NCBI GenBank assembly: GCA_013286655.1
Contig: JABDFG010000007.1
Span: forward strand, 7,216-71,215
DNA: 64,000 bases
Reading direction: 5' to 3'
DNA from: Bacteroidota bacterium
GTDB lineage: Bacteria; Bacteroidota; Bacteroidia; JABDFU01
In this document: piece by piece, positions 1-11,000 of the stretch
Layout: each line of letters starts with the position of its first letter
Position numbering within the stretch: the stretch's first letter is position 1
Notes under the pieces: model-generated
What the model was told of the DNA's origin: nothing
Seen by the model: the letters and a program-made list of their open reading frames with translations, nothing else
The model's database searches: none
Program-made: the position numbers and the translations under genes

Positions 1-395
1 GAGGCCTGGTAGAATTTTGTTTTCTTCTCCATACCAAGAATACGGATCGCTTCCAGCAAACGCAATGTACCGATTGCGTCCGCGTTCGCCGTATATTCAG
101 GCGTTTCGAAAGAAACTTTTACATGTGATTGAGCAGCGAGGTTATAAATTTCATCCGGCTTTACCTCTTGTACAATACGGATTAAATTAGTGGAATCTGT
201 CAGATCACCATAATGTAAAAAAAAGTTAACCTTATTTTCATGAGTATCTTTATACAGGTGATCTATCCGGTCAGTATTAAAGAGCGAACTTCTTCTTTTT
301 ATTCCATGTACAATGTACCCCTTGTTCAACAGAAACTCACTTAAATAGGCTCCATCCTGACCGGTAACGCCTGTTAATAATGCTACTTTTGCCAT
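1..395 (-). CDS. gmd: GDP-mannose 4,6-dehydratase, N-terminal part (runs off window start)
   Basis: Manual translation from ATG at 395: [23 protein letters not shown]...[11 protein letters not shown]...[35 protein letters not shown]...KFYQAS; not in the ORF track. Confidence 0.95.
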   Translation of the reverse strand, partial: MAKVALLTGVTGQDGAYLSEFLLNKGYIVHGIKRRSSLFNTDRIDHLYKDTHENKVNFFLHYGDLTDSTNLIRIVQEVKPDEIYNLAAQSHVKVSFETPEYTANADAIGTLRLLEAIRILGMEKKTKFYQA

Positions 396-481
396 ATAGA
401 TGCGCTATAAAAGTTGAACTGCAATAATACTAAAAATTAACGAATATCTTTACTGAATCCGATTTCGTACCTTCGTGCCTC

Positions 482-1789
482 ATGGCAAATATGGTAGCAA
501 TAGTCGGGCGCCCGAACGTAGGCAAATCAACTCTTTTTAACCGTTTGACAGAAAGCAGGATGGCAATCGTTGAGGAAACCTCCGGAGTCACCCGCGATCG
601 TCATTACGGAAAGGTGAATTGGAACGGACTGGAGTTTTCGATAATTGATACGGGAGGGTATGTCCGGGGTTCGGAAGATATTTTTGAAGCAGAGATACGT
701 CGGCAGGTCGAACTGGCGATCGATGAGGCCAACATCATACTTTTTGTAGTAGATGTAACCATTGGGATATCACACTTGGATGAAGCTGTTGCCGCCCTGC
801 TCCGTAAATCAAAGAAACAAGTAATGGTAGTTTCTAACAAAGTGGACAATAACGAGCGAATCAGCCTGTCTTCTGAATTTTATTCCCTGGGATTAGGTGA
901 TATATATTCGCTTTCGGCCATCAACGGCAGTGGCACAGGCGAGTTGTTGGATGAACTGGTGAAACACCTGGATAAGGAGGAAGTTGTGGAAGAAACCAAT
1001 CTGCCGAAAATTGCTATTGTGGGCAGACCTAACGTAGGGAAATCCTCTTTGCTGAATTCCTTGCTCGGAACAGAACGCTCAATTGTTACAGATATTGCCG
1101 GCACAACACGGGACACCATCAATACACACTATAACCAATTTGGTAAAGATTTTATTTTAGTTGACACGGCCGGAATTCGCAAAAAAGCGAAGGTACATGA
1201 AGACATAGAGTTCTATTCCGTTATGCGTTCTGTAAAAGCTATTGAAGATTGCAATGTATGCCTGCTAATGGTGGATGCCCAGGTAGGCATAGAAGCTCAG
1301 GAAATGAGTATCTTCCGGCTTGCCGAAAAGAACAGAAAAGGCATCGTAATCGTCGTTAATAAATGGGACCTGGTAGAAAGTAAGCATTCCAAGAGTACCA
1401 AAGAATATGAAGAGTACGTTCAGAAGAAAATCGCTCCATTTATAGATGTCCCGGTAGTCTTTACTTCGGCCACTACCAAACAAAGAATCTTAAAGGCTGT
1501 TGAGGTTGCTCTGGAAGTGAATGAAAACCGGATCAGGAAAATCCCCACTTCCAAGCTGAATGATGTCATGCAAATAGATATTGAAAATTATCCTCCTCCA
1601 GCTATCAAGGGAAAATATATAAAAATAAAATATGTCCAGCAGTTACCAACATATGCTCCATCATTTGCATTTTTCTGCAACCTGCCACAATATGTAAATG
1701 AACCTTACAAACGTTACCTGGAGAATAAATTGCGGGAGCACTTTAATTTCAGCGGTGTACCGATACAGGTTTTCATGAGGAAGAAATAG
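482..1789 (+). CDS. der: Ribosome biogenesis GTPase Der (EngA)
   Basis: Two tandem GTPase domains (GRPNVGKS twice, DTGG/DTAG, NKVD/NKWD) and a C-terminal KH-like domain. Confidence 0.97.
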   Translation: MANMVAIVGRPNVGKSTLFNRLTESRMAIVEETSGVTRDRHYGKVNWNGLEFSIIDTGGYVRGSEDIFEAEIRRQVELAIDEANIILFVVDVTIGISHLDEAVAALLRKSKKQVMVVSNKVDNNERISLSSEFYSLGLGDIYSLSAINGSGTGELLDELVKHLDKEEVVEETNLPKIAIVGRPNVGKSSLLNSLLGTERSIVTDIAGTTRDTINTHYNQFGKDFILVDTAGIRKKAKVHEDIEFYSVMRSVKAIEDCNVCLLMVDAQVGIEAQEMSIFRLAEKNRKGIVIVVNKWDLVESKHSKSTKEYEEYVQKKIAPFIDVPVVFTSATTKQRILKAVEVALEVNENRIRKIPTSKLNDVMQIDIENYPPPAIKGKYIKIKYVQQLPTYAPSFAFFCNLPQYVNEPYKRYLENKLREHFNFSGVPIQVFMRKK

Positions 1790-1828
1790 TCATCGTAATT
1801 AGTTCTGAATTACGGGTACTAATGACTA
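1787..1828. repeat. Heptamer-phased hairpin between convergent genes; possible terminator-like structure
   Basis: TAGTCAT-CGTAATT-AGTTCTG-AATTACG-GGTACTA-ATGACTA: units 1/6 and 2/4 are exact reverse complements. Confidence 0.55.
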
Positions 1829-1829
1829 A

Positions 1830-3206
1830 CTATTTAATGACGGCCAGTCTTCCATTTTTCAAGGTGATGGTATTACTCAACCGAACGGCATAAAGTCCCT
1901 GAGTCAAATTGCTTGCATCAACGGATTCCCTGTCGTTGAGCGATTGATCCAACACAAGTTTTCCGTTTAAATCAAATACCTGAAGCCTTTCTATTTCTTT
2001 TGAATGAGTGGATCCCTGATCAACAGGGATTTCGATAAAAAAATGATCCGAACAAGGATTAGGAAAAATTTTCAATTCTTCACTTTTGTTTTTTAATTCG
2101 TTGATCCCCGCTGCTATATTGGTCAACATGCGAACACGGTAAAAATTACCATCTGCGATATACAAATTTTGAAAATAGGAATCTAGCGCAACGCCAAAGG
2201 GGGACATTTCAGTTTCAGTAGCAGGTACACTGTCAAGGTAACCACTGCCGCCACCTGCTATTGTTCTGATCCTTCCATCAAATGCACTCACCTTACGAAT
2301 CCTACCTTCTCCTTCATCTGCTATGTACAAATTTCCGCCGGGATCTACTGCAATATCCGTAACATCACTCAATCCAGCATGAGTAGCCAGACTATCGTCT
2401 CCACTATCATTAGCTTCGCCATTACCGGCTACTGTTGTGATTTTCCCATCGCTGATGGTTACCTCCCGGATTCTGTTATTGCCATTATCTGCAATAAAAA
2501 TATTACCCGAAACATCTAACTTAATGGCCAAAGGCAGATTAAGTTCGGCATTAACCGCTGGGCCTCCATCTCCACTATAACCACCGATTCCCAGATTACT
2601 ACCCGCCACAGTAGTTATAATCCCAGTACTGGCTTTTACTTTTCGGATACAATTATTAAACTCATCTGCAATATAAATATTTCCGGCAGTATCCAGCGCA
2701 ACACCCACAGGGTACTGCAAAGATGCGACAGTCGCAGGACCATTGTCCCCATTGTAAGCCGGAATTCCATTTCCAGCAATCGTAGATATGATCCCTGTCC
2801 CTGTCGCAAAGGAAACCTTTCGGATACGGCTATTTCCAAAATCCGCAATGTAGATATTACCCGAATCATCCAGTGCGACCGCCGAGGGGTTAAACAAAGC
2901 GGCAGCTGTCGCAGCCCCGCCATCACCCCCATATCCTTGGGTAGTATCTCCTGCAATAGTAGTGATGATATTACTGCCAACCGCAACTTTCCGGATTCGG
3001 TTGTTCAGAAAATCTGCAATATAAATGTTCCCGGCAGCATCCAGCGTCACGCCATAAGGATCGATCCCTGCGTTTAAGGCTGGTCCTCCATCTCCGCTCC
3101 AATCTGGTATACTATCTCCGGCAACAGTATAAATAAACTGTGCATGCAGGCGAAGAGAACCAAGAACAACAAGAACAACAAGAAGAATGGTTAACTTTTT
3201 AATCAT
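1830..3206 (-). CDS. NHL-repeat beta-propeller protein with T9SS type-A C-terminal sorting domain
   Basis: Signal peptide; about 6 repeats of GDGGPA..P.GVALD..GNIYIAD..NNRIRKV; C-terminal IFPNP...VFDLNGKLV...GLYAVRL. Confidence 0.88.
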   Translation of the reverse strand: MIKKLTILLVVLVVLGSLRLHAQFIYTVAGDSIPDWSGDGGPALNAGIDPYGVTLDAAGNIYIADFLNNRIRKVAVGSNIITTIAGDTTQGYGGDGGAATAAALFNPSAVALDDSGNIYIADFGNSRIRKVSFATGTGIISTIAGNGIPAYNGDNGPATVASLQYPVGVALDTAGNIYIADEFNNCIRKVKASTGIITTVAGSNLGIGGYSGDGGPAVNAELNLPLAIKLDVSGNIFIADNGNNRIREVTISDGKITTVAGNGEANDSGDDSLATHAGLSDVTDIAVDPGGNLYIADEGEGRIRKVSAFDGRIRTIAGGGSGYLDSVPATETEMSPFGVALDSYFQNLYIADGNFYRVRMLTNIAAGINELKNKSEELKIFPNPCSDHFFIEIPVDQGSTHSKEIERLQVFDLNGKLVLDQSLNDRESVDASNLTQGLYAVRLSNTITLKNGRLAVIK

Positions 3207-3428
3207 GTCCTGGTACTTATTTGAAAACTTTTGTCTTTATACTTAAGTAAGACTTTGCCAAAATGGATTTTCATGACCTCATTAACGCAAAAAATGCACT
3301 TCTAGTATGTCAAATTATAAGGTGGAAAAAGTTGTGCTGATTTGCATTTATTCGCATCATTTTTCATTTTTCTTCGGTGCTCATGAATCCGCCATCGGCA
3401 GATTTCACTATTACTCAATTGACTACTC

Positions 3429-4079
3429 TTACTTAGCCAAATTACCTTTGAAAACCTTCTCAAACTTGTCCAGCTTTGGCTTGATCACGAACTTACAATA
3501 AGGCTGTTCTCCATTAAGGTTATAATAATTCTGATGATAATCTTCCGCTTTATAAAAAACAGTAAAGGGACTAATTTCCGTTACCACAGGGTTTTCCCAG
3601 GCACCGGAAGCGCTTAATTCCTTTTTAATTTTTTCAGCTATTTCTTTTTGTTTAGTGTTATGGTAAAATATAACGGAGCGGTATTGCGTACCATGGTCGT
3701 TACCTTGTTGATTAAGCGTTGTCGGGTCATGAACTTTCCAAAACACCTCCAATAATTGTTCGTAGCTCACTTGTTTCGGATCATAAAAAATCTGGGTAAC
3801 TTCGGCATGACCGGTCGTTCCGGTACAGACCTCTTTGTAAGACGGATTTTTAACTGTCCCCCCCGAATATCCCGAACTAACAGCAATTACCCCTTTGACC
3901 TGTTGAAAAACGGCTTCTACACACCAAAAGCAACCAGCCCCGAAAGTAGCAGTATCAAGATCATCCATAGATATTGTATTGGTTTCCATTTTTTTTTCAG
4001 TTTTATCTTTTGTTTGCGCACATGAAACCAAAGCCACTCCCACTAAGAAATAACTGAAAATTGATTTTAGCTTTTGCAT
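3429..4079 (-). CDS. msrA: Peptide-methionine (S)-S-oxide reductase, predicted lipoprotein
   Basis: GAGCFWC motif, GHAE, AEDYHQNYY, YC; N-terminal lipobox LVSC. Confidence 0.95.
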   Translation of the reverse strand: MQKLKSIFSYFLVGVALVSCAQTKDKTEKKMETNTISMDDLDTATFGAGCFWCVEAVFQQVKGVIAVSSGYSGGTVKNPSYKEVCTGTTGHAEVTQIFYDPKQVSYEQLLEVFWKVHDPTTLNQQGNDHGTQYRSVIFYHNTKQKEIAEKIKKELSASGAWENPVVTEISPFTVFYKAEDYHQNYYNLNGEQPYCKFVIKPKLDKFEKVFKGNLAK

Positions 4080-4176
4080 GTGTAACTGGTTAAACTTTTC
4101 ATTAAATAATCCTACTTAGATCAGTGATATATCCTTTTTATGTGATGACTATTTCATACTTATTCATACTTACTGC

Positions 4177-4184
4177 CAAAATTA
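4177..4184 (-). promoter_or_regulatory. Bacteroidota sigma70 -7 element (TAATTTTG) upstream of msrA
   Basis: caaaatta on the + strand matches TAnnTTTG on the - strand. Confidence 0.5.
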
Positions 4185-4212
4185 GATAAAATTCTCTTAT
4201 TTTTATCTTAAG

Positions 4213-4237
4213 AAAACCACAGGTTATCTGTGGTTTT
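4213..4237. other. Perfect 10-bp inverted repeat (terminator-like or operator) in the divergent msrA/ruvA gap
   Basis: AAAACCACAG-GTTAT-CTGTGGTTTT. Confidence 0.6.
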
Positions 4238-4365
4238 TGTTTTAAGAAGGTAAGAGACTATTCAAAATTTAGCTCATAAATTCGATTATGTGTCTGTTTT
4301 GGCTGAGTTTAGGAATGTGACATTCGCATTTCGCTCAAAAACACATACTAATCAATTTTATACTA

Positions 4366-4373
4366 TAAATTTG
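4366..4373 (+). promoter_or_regulatory. Bacteroidota -7 element (TAAATTTG) for ruvA-sprA
   Basis: Exact TAnnTTTG match 27 nt upstream of the ruvA ATG. Confidence 0.6.
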
Positions 4374-4400
4374 AACCGCCTCTGAAACTATATAAATACT

Positions 4401-4988
4401 ATGCTTAATCACATTAAAGGAGAGTTAGTAGAAAAAACACCCACCTATGCTGTTGTGGAATGCTCTGGAACAGGTTATTTGCTTAACATATCCCTGAATA
4501 CGTATACCAAACTACCAGGAAGTGGCAGCTGTAAAGTGTTTACAGAACAGATGTATGTTCGGGATGATTTGCCCAGACTTTTCGGTTTTGCTGACATTCA
4601 GGAACGGCAGTTATTCCGGCACCTGGTATCAGTCTCCGGCGTTGGAGGCACAAGTGCCATTATGATGCTTTCTTCCCTGTCAGCACAGGAAATTCAGCAG
4701 GCTATCCTGAGTGGCAATGTGGCTGTTCTTAAAAGCATAAAAGGCATTGGTGAAAAAACAGCTCAACGCATCATTGTCGACCTGAAAGGCAAGCTTGGGA
4801 AAAGTGACTTATCGCCTGATTTTATGACAGTTCCATACAATAATACCCGCGAAGAGGCGTTATCAGCTCTGGTCATGTTGGGTTTTGCCAAAAATACGGC
4901 CGAAAAAGCCCTGGACAAAATCATAAAAGACTCACCCTCAGCACATAACGTTGAGGACTTGATAAAGGCAGCATTAAAAAATTTATAG
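4401..4988 (+). CDS. ruvA: Holliday junction branch migration protein RuvA
   Basis: LFGF..ER.LF..L.SVSGVG, helix-hairpin-helix KGIGEKTAQRI, C-terminal EEALSALVMLGF. Confidence 0.96.
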   Translation: MLNHIKGELVEKTPTYAVVECSGTGYLLNISLNTYTKLPGSGSCKVFTEQMYVRDDLPRLFGFADIQERQLFRHLVSVSGVGGTSAIMMLSSLSAQEIQQAILSGNVAVLKSIKGIGEKTAQRIIVDLKGKLGKSDLSPDFMTVPYNNTREEALSALVMLGFAKNTAEKALDKIIKDSPSAHNVEDLIKAALKNL

Positions 4989-5009
4989 GCCGGGAATTAT
5001 TAAATTGTT

Positions 5010-8000
5010 GTGGCGAATAGTGCACTCAAATACACATTAATAGCAGCAATTTCGGCAACTGCCTATTCCGCTTTTTATAGTAATGAAGCAGAAGATCGTC
5101 CTACCGATAACCAGGACGATCCTTCCCCCATAGTTCTTCCGATTGATTCGCCAAAACAAAAAACGGCTGCAATTGATACACCCCTAACAGCTCCTAAACT
5201 CAGGTACAACTTCCAGGATCAATCGGTACAGGATCCGCTCAATTACCCCAATGGAGGGGGTTTAAAACTAAAAGACCCCTCAAATATAAAAAAGGACGTT
5301 CAATATGACCCAACAACAGGGCAATATGAAATCACCCAAAAAATAGGAAATGAAGATTACAGGCCTCCAACCTATATGACTCCCGAGGAGTACGAAGATT
5401 ACATTATTCAACAGAAGATCAAAAGCTATTGGGGACAACGTACAAAAGCCGAAGATGTCAAAAAAGGTAATCGCTCGCTGATACCTACCTTACATGTAGG
5501 AGGAGAATATTTCGACCGGATCTTTGGAGGAAATACCGTTGATATCCGACCCCAGGGTACGGCTGAACTTATTTTCGGTTTAAACAATTCAACAACACAG
5601 AATCCGGCATTACCCGTCAATCAACGTAGTATCACCACCTTCAATTTCAATGAAAAAATTCAGTTAAACGTAGTCGGCAAAATCGGGGAAAAACTAAAAC
5701 TCACAACAAACTATAATACAGAAGCCACTTTCGACTTTGAAAATCAAATGAAGATTGAGTACAATGGCCTGGAAGATGAAATCATTAAAAAGATTGAAGC
5801 GGGCAATGTCAGTTTGCCCTTGACAGGTTCGCTTATTTCAAGCAGCACCAGTTTGTTCGGAATAAAAACGCAGATGCAGTTTGGACGCTTAACCGCAACA
5901 GCCGTCTTGTCCCAGGACAAGGGTAAAAAATCAGTCATCAACGTAAGCGGAGGAGCTCAGACCACCAACTTTTCAATTACGGGCGACCAATATGAAGCTA
6001 ACCGCGACTACTTTTTAGCTCAATATTTCAGAGATCGGTTTGATACGGCAATGGGATCATTACCTGTTATTCTTTCGGATGTGATTGTAACAAGAGTCGA
6101 AGTATACGTAACTAACAGGACCAATACGGTCGTCGGTTTACGCAACATTGTAGGCTTTGCCGATCTGGGAGAGGATAAGAAACACAGTTCTCCTTTGTTC
6201 AAGGAAAATGTGATCCACGATGTGAGCCCAACTTCTGTTTTACCATACAATACTCAAAATGACGAATACCATCAGGTTGCAGATACTATTTCCGGTTACC
6301 TAAAAGACCGCAATTTTAATACAGTAACAACAAAACTACCTGCCTGGTACGTGAATGCACGTGATTACGAGAATGTCAACCTGGCCAGGATGTTAGCTCC
6401 TACAGAATATACTTTCAATCCAAAACTTGGTTTCATATCACTCAACCAGGCTTTGAATTACGACCAGGTATTAGCTGTCGCCTTCCAATATACCTATAAC
6501 GGAAAAGTTTACCAGGTAGGAGAATTTTCAACGGACGGAATTGTTAGTCCCAAACCTCTTTTTCTGAAACTGTTAAAAGGAACAGTCACCAACCCGCAAT
6601 TACCAATCTGGAACCTGATGATGAAAAACATCTATTCCATTGGTGGCTATCAAATCAACCCGCAGAATTTTGTTTTGAATATTTTGTATAATAATATTTC
6701 CACAGGAGTCAACATTAATTATTTTCCCGATGGTCCTGTTTCCGGCAAACCCCTGGTACAGGTTTTTGGCCTTGATCGGCTCAATTCCAACGGAGATGCC
6801 ATACCTGACGGAGCATTCGACTTTCTGGATGGAGTCACGATCATGTCTGCCAGTGGACGCATTATTTTTCCTTCCGTTGAACCTTTCGGAAGTTATTTAA
6901 TTAACAAACAGGTGATAAGGAAAAACCCCAATGACTCCACGTACGCGAAAAAATATGGGTTTAAACAACTATATGATTCCACCTTGATTGTAGCCCAGCA
7001 GTTTCCCCAGTTGAACCGTTTTACACTTTCCGGAAGTTTCAAATCTTCCTCCAGCTCCGACATATCGCTCAATACCGTTAACGTACCACAAGGTTCCGTA
7101 ACCGTTACCGCAGGAGGTATCAAATTGACGGAAAATGTCGACTATACAGTGGATTATACCTTAGGTCGGGTAAAAATCATCAACCAGGGGATTCTCAGTT
7201 CCGGTACTCCTATCCAAATATCACTGGAAAGCAATGCGTTGTTCGCATTGCAAACAAAAACCCTCATGGGCGCAAACTTTGATTATAAAGTAAACAAGGA
7301 TTTCAATATAGGAGGTACCATTTTAAATCTGAACGAACACCCCCTTACTCAAAAAGTAAACATTGGCGATGAACCCATTGACAATACCATTATTGGTGTT
7401 AATTCCAACTACCGGACCGCAGTCCCTTTCATCACCCAGTTGGTGAACAGATTGCCTTTCATCAATACAAAAGCTCCCTCGAACTTTGTTGCCTCCGGCG
7501 AAGCCGCCCGCTTATTTCCGGGACATAACCGGGCTATCGGCTCAGGTGCAGCCGGTGATTCGTATATCGACGATTTTGAAGGAAGCATTTCCAATATCGA
7601 CCTGAAACAGCCCCAGTCCTGGAACCTGGCGAGTATTCCCCAGGGACAGCCTACGGTGTTTCCGGAAGCTTCTTTAAATGATAGTGCGGCTATTGGTTAT
7701 AACCGGGCCCTTCTTAACTGGTATATTCTGGACCCCTTGTTTCTTCGTCAGACAAACGGACTTACACCTTCCTCCATAACCCTTGATAGCATGTCCAATA
7801 ATCAAACCCGGGAAGTTTTGGAAACAGAAATATTTCCGAACGAACAATTAGCCAGTGGCCTGCCAACAAATACGCCTATGTTTGACCTGGCCTATTACCC
7901 TTACATACGCGGCCCTTACAATTATGATGTGAAAGGTTACCGCAATTCAAGTGGAACTGTGATTTCGAATGGGATTAACAGCAATGGAAGTCTGAACCTC

Positions 8001-11000
8001 CCGGCAACTCGTTGGGGAGGCATCATGCGGGCCATTCAAACCAATGATTTTGAAGCCACGAACATTGAGTACCTGGAATTATGGATGATGGACCCTTTCA
8101 ACAAAGACAACCATAATCCTAATACCTCCGGCAACCTTTATATTAACTTGGGTGATGTCTCGGAAGATGTGATGAAAGATTCCCGGAAATCATTTGAAAA
8201 TGGCTTGCCGATTGACGCGGCTAACTCGACGGGTGTTCCCTGTGATACTACAAATCTGGCAAGGGTTTCAGACATACAATCTCTGGTGAACGCGTTTGAT
8301 GTGAATGCAAGCGCACGCCCTTTCCAGGATGTAGGCCTGGACGGGTTCAGCGATGCCCAGGAAGCTGCTTTTCCGACTGCCAGAAAATACCTGGCAAATA
8401 TAGCGGCAGCCTTTGGTACAAGTTCTCAAGCTTATCAGCGCGCAGTTATTGATCCTTCAGGTGATGACTATAATTTTTACCGCGGATCGGCCTACGATGA
8501 CCTCAATGCAGGCGTTCTTACCCGGTACCTGAAATACAATGGTTATGATGGAAATTCCCCGCAAACGGGTCAATCTGACAATGTGATATATGGGCAAAAA
8601 CAGGCCTCCTATTCTCCGGAAAGTTATACAACCTCTGCTACGACCTTGCCCAACACAGAAGACATTAACAATGATAACACCCTGAGCGAAAATGAAGGCT
8701 ATTATCAATACAAAGTGAGCTTGAAACCATCGGACTTTAACACAGTCGGAAACAACTACATTGCGGACATTCTTTCCACTAACGGACAAAACATTAAAAA
8801 TGGTGCACCCAAACCCATCAAATGGTACCAACTCAAAATTCCCATACACAGTTTTGATACCAAGGTAGGCAGCATCTCTGATTTTCGTTCCATACGTTTT
8901 CTTCGCATGTATTTCAAAGGTGTCGACCAACCCATTGTTTGCCGCTTTGCCCGTATGCAGTTTGTCCGGAGTTCCTGGATCATTTATCCCAACTCCCTTC
9001 TGTCCGACGGAGAATACCTGGCCACCGACGGGGGAGGCGCATCCTTTTCCTTATCTTCCGTCAGCATCGTTGCAAATGGTACACAAGCACCCGTAAATTA
9101 TGTCCTTCCTCCCGGCATTCAGCGTACCGTCAATGTTCAGTCTTCTAACCTGGCCCAGCAAAACGAACAATCCTTAGCCATGCAGATTTGTGGCCTGCAG
9201 GATGGTGATGCCAAAGCCTGCTACCGGAATATGAATTTTGATATACGTAATTACAAAACAATACAAATGTTCGCGCATGCGGAAGCCCCCGTTCCAAATA
9301 CGACCGATCTTAAAAGCAACGATTTGCGTTGGTTTATCCGTTTGGGTTCGGACTTTACAGACAACTATTATGAATATGAAATCCCCTTACAGGTCACTCC
9401 GGGAAAAAACTACAATGGGGGTCTCGAAAGCGACCAATACGCGGTTTGGCCTCTTGCAAATCAACTGGACCTGGCATTTGCAAAACTGATAGCGGCAAAA
9501 CAGGAACGTGATATCGCCATCAATTCCAAATCCGCATCAACTACCTTACGCTACCCGGTAAGTGACGGCAACAACACGATTTACATCATGGGAAGTCCCA
9601 ACCTGGGAGGTATTACAACGATTATGATCGGAGTACGTAACCCCAAACGCCAACCAGGAGTTCCCGGAGATGATGGATTGCAGAAATGTGCGACAGTTTG
9701 GGTGGATGAACTCCGCCTGAGTGGCTTCAATGAATCAGGAGGATGGGCAGCATTGGGCCGGGCCAAAGTTGATCTTGCCGACCTTGGCTCCCTTTCTCTT
9801 GCAGGCAATTACAGCACCCCCGGCTGGGGTGGCCTTGAACAAACGATGGCTCAAAGACAACTATCAACAAATTTCGGCTACGACTTTTCCTCTAACTTTG
9901 AACTTGGTAAATTCACTCCTGCTAAACTTGGAATTAAAATACCCATGTATGCAGGTATTTCGGAAGGCATTATCATTCCGGAATATAATCCGCTGGATCC
10001 GGACATTAATCTGAAAACGGTATTGAACGATCCCTCTATTCCAAAATCCCAGCGGGATTCACTGGGAAATGCAACAATCGACTATACCCTGAGGAAAAGT
10101 TTAAACTTTACCAACGTCAAAAAAGAACGATCGAAAACCAAGAAAAACATTCACATCTATGACATAGAAAATTTTTCTTTTACTTATTCCTATACGGAGA
10201 TCGACCACCGGGACATCAATACCCTGTTTAACAATACCCGTACTTACCATGCAGGGCTTATCTATTCCTATACTCCTGTGGCAAAAAGCCTAAAACCCTT
10301 CGCAAAAACAAAATTGAATCCTAAATATTTCGCACTCATTAAAGATTTAAATTTTTCACCCTTACCCACCAATTTAGGTTTTTCATCCAATGTAGACCGC
10401 TATTTTAATGAAAGCCAGATCCGGGACAATACGGGAGATCTCCTGATCACTCCTTTGTATAATAAAACGTTCACCATGAACCGCCTCTATAATATGAATT
10501 GGGCGCTTACCAAAGGACTAAAAGTTGATTTTTCTGCTACTAACAATTCAAGAATATTTGAACCCTACGGTAGTCTTGATACAAAAGCACAACGTGATTC
10601 AGTTGTCAACAACCTCCTTGGATTAGGGACCACTACTGAATACAAACACAACCTGAATGTAAACTATGCCGTACCCATAAACAAATTGCCCTTTCTTGAT
10701 TTTGTGAATTCCACAGTTCATTATACGGGAAGTTACGACTGGATGCATGCCCCTTTTGCGGCAGACTCCCTGGGAAACACCATTCAGAATTCCAGATCCT
10801 GGCAATTCAATGGACAGTTTAACATGAGTACACTTTACAATAAAATATCCTACTTTAAAAAACTAGCCCTGAAACCTCTTTTCATTAATCCGGAGGACAA
10901 GAAAAAGGAAGAAGATAAAAAGAAAAAAGAAATAGAAAAATTAGACCTGGCAATTAAAAAAGCTATCAGTGACACCTCTAGAAAGGCGAAAAAAACGCTG

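Noticed and set aside
3159-3186. 9-bp repeats in the NHL protein signal peptide
   Set aside because: In-frame Leu/Val codon repeats (LLVVLVVLG); a change in number would not shift the frame.
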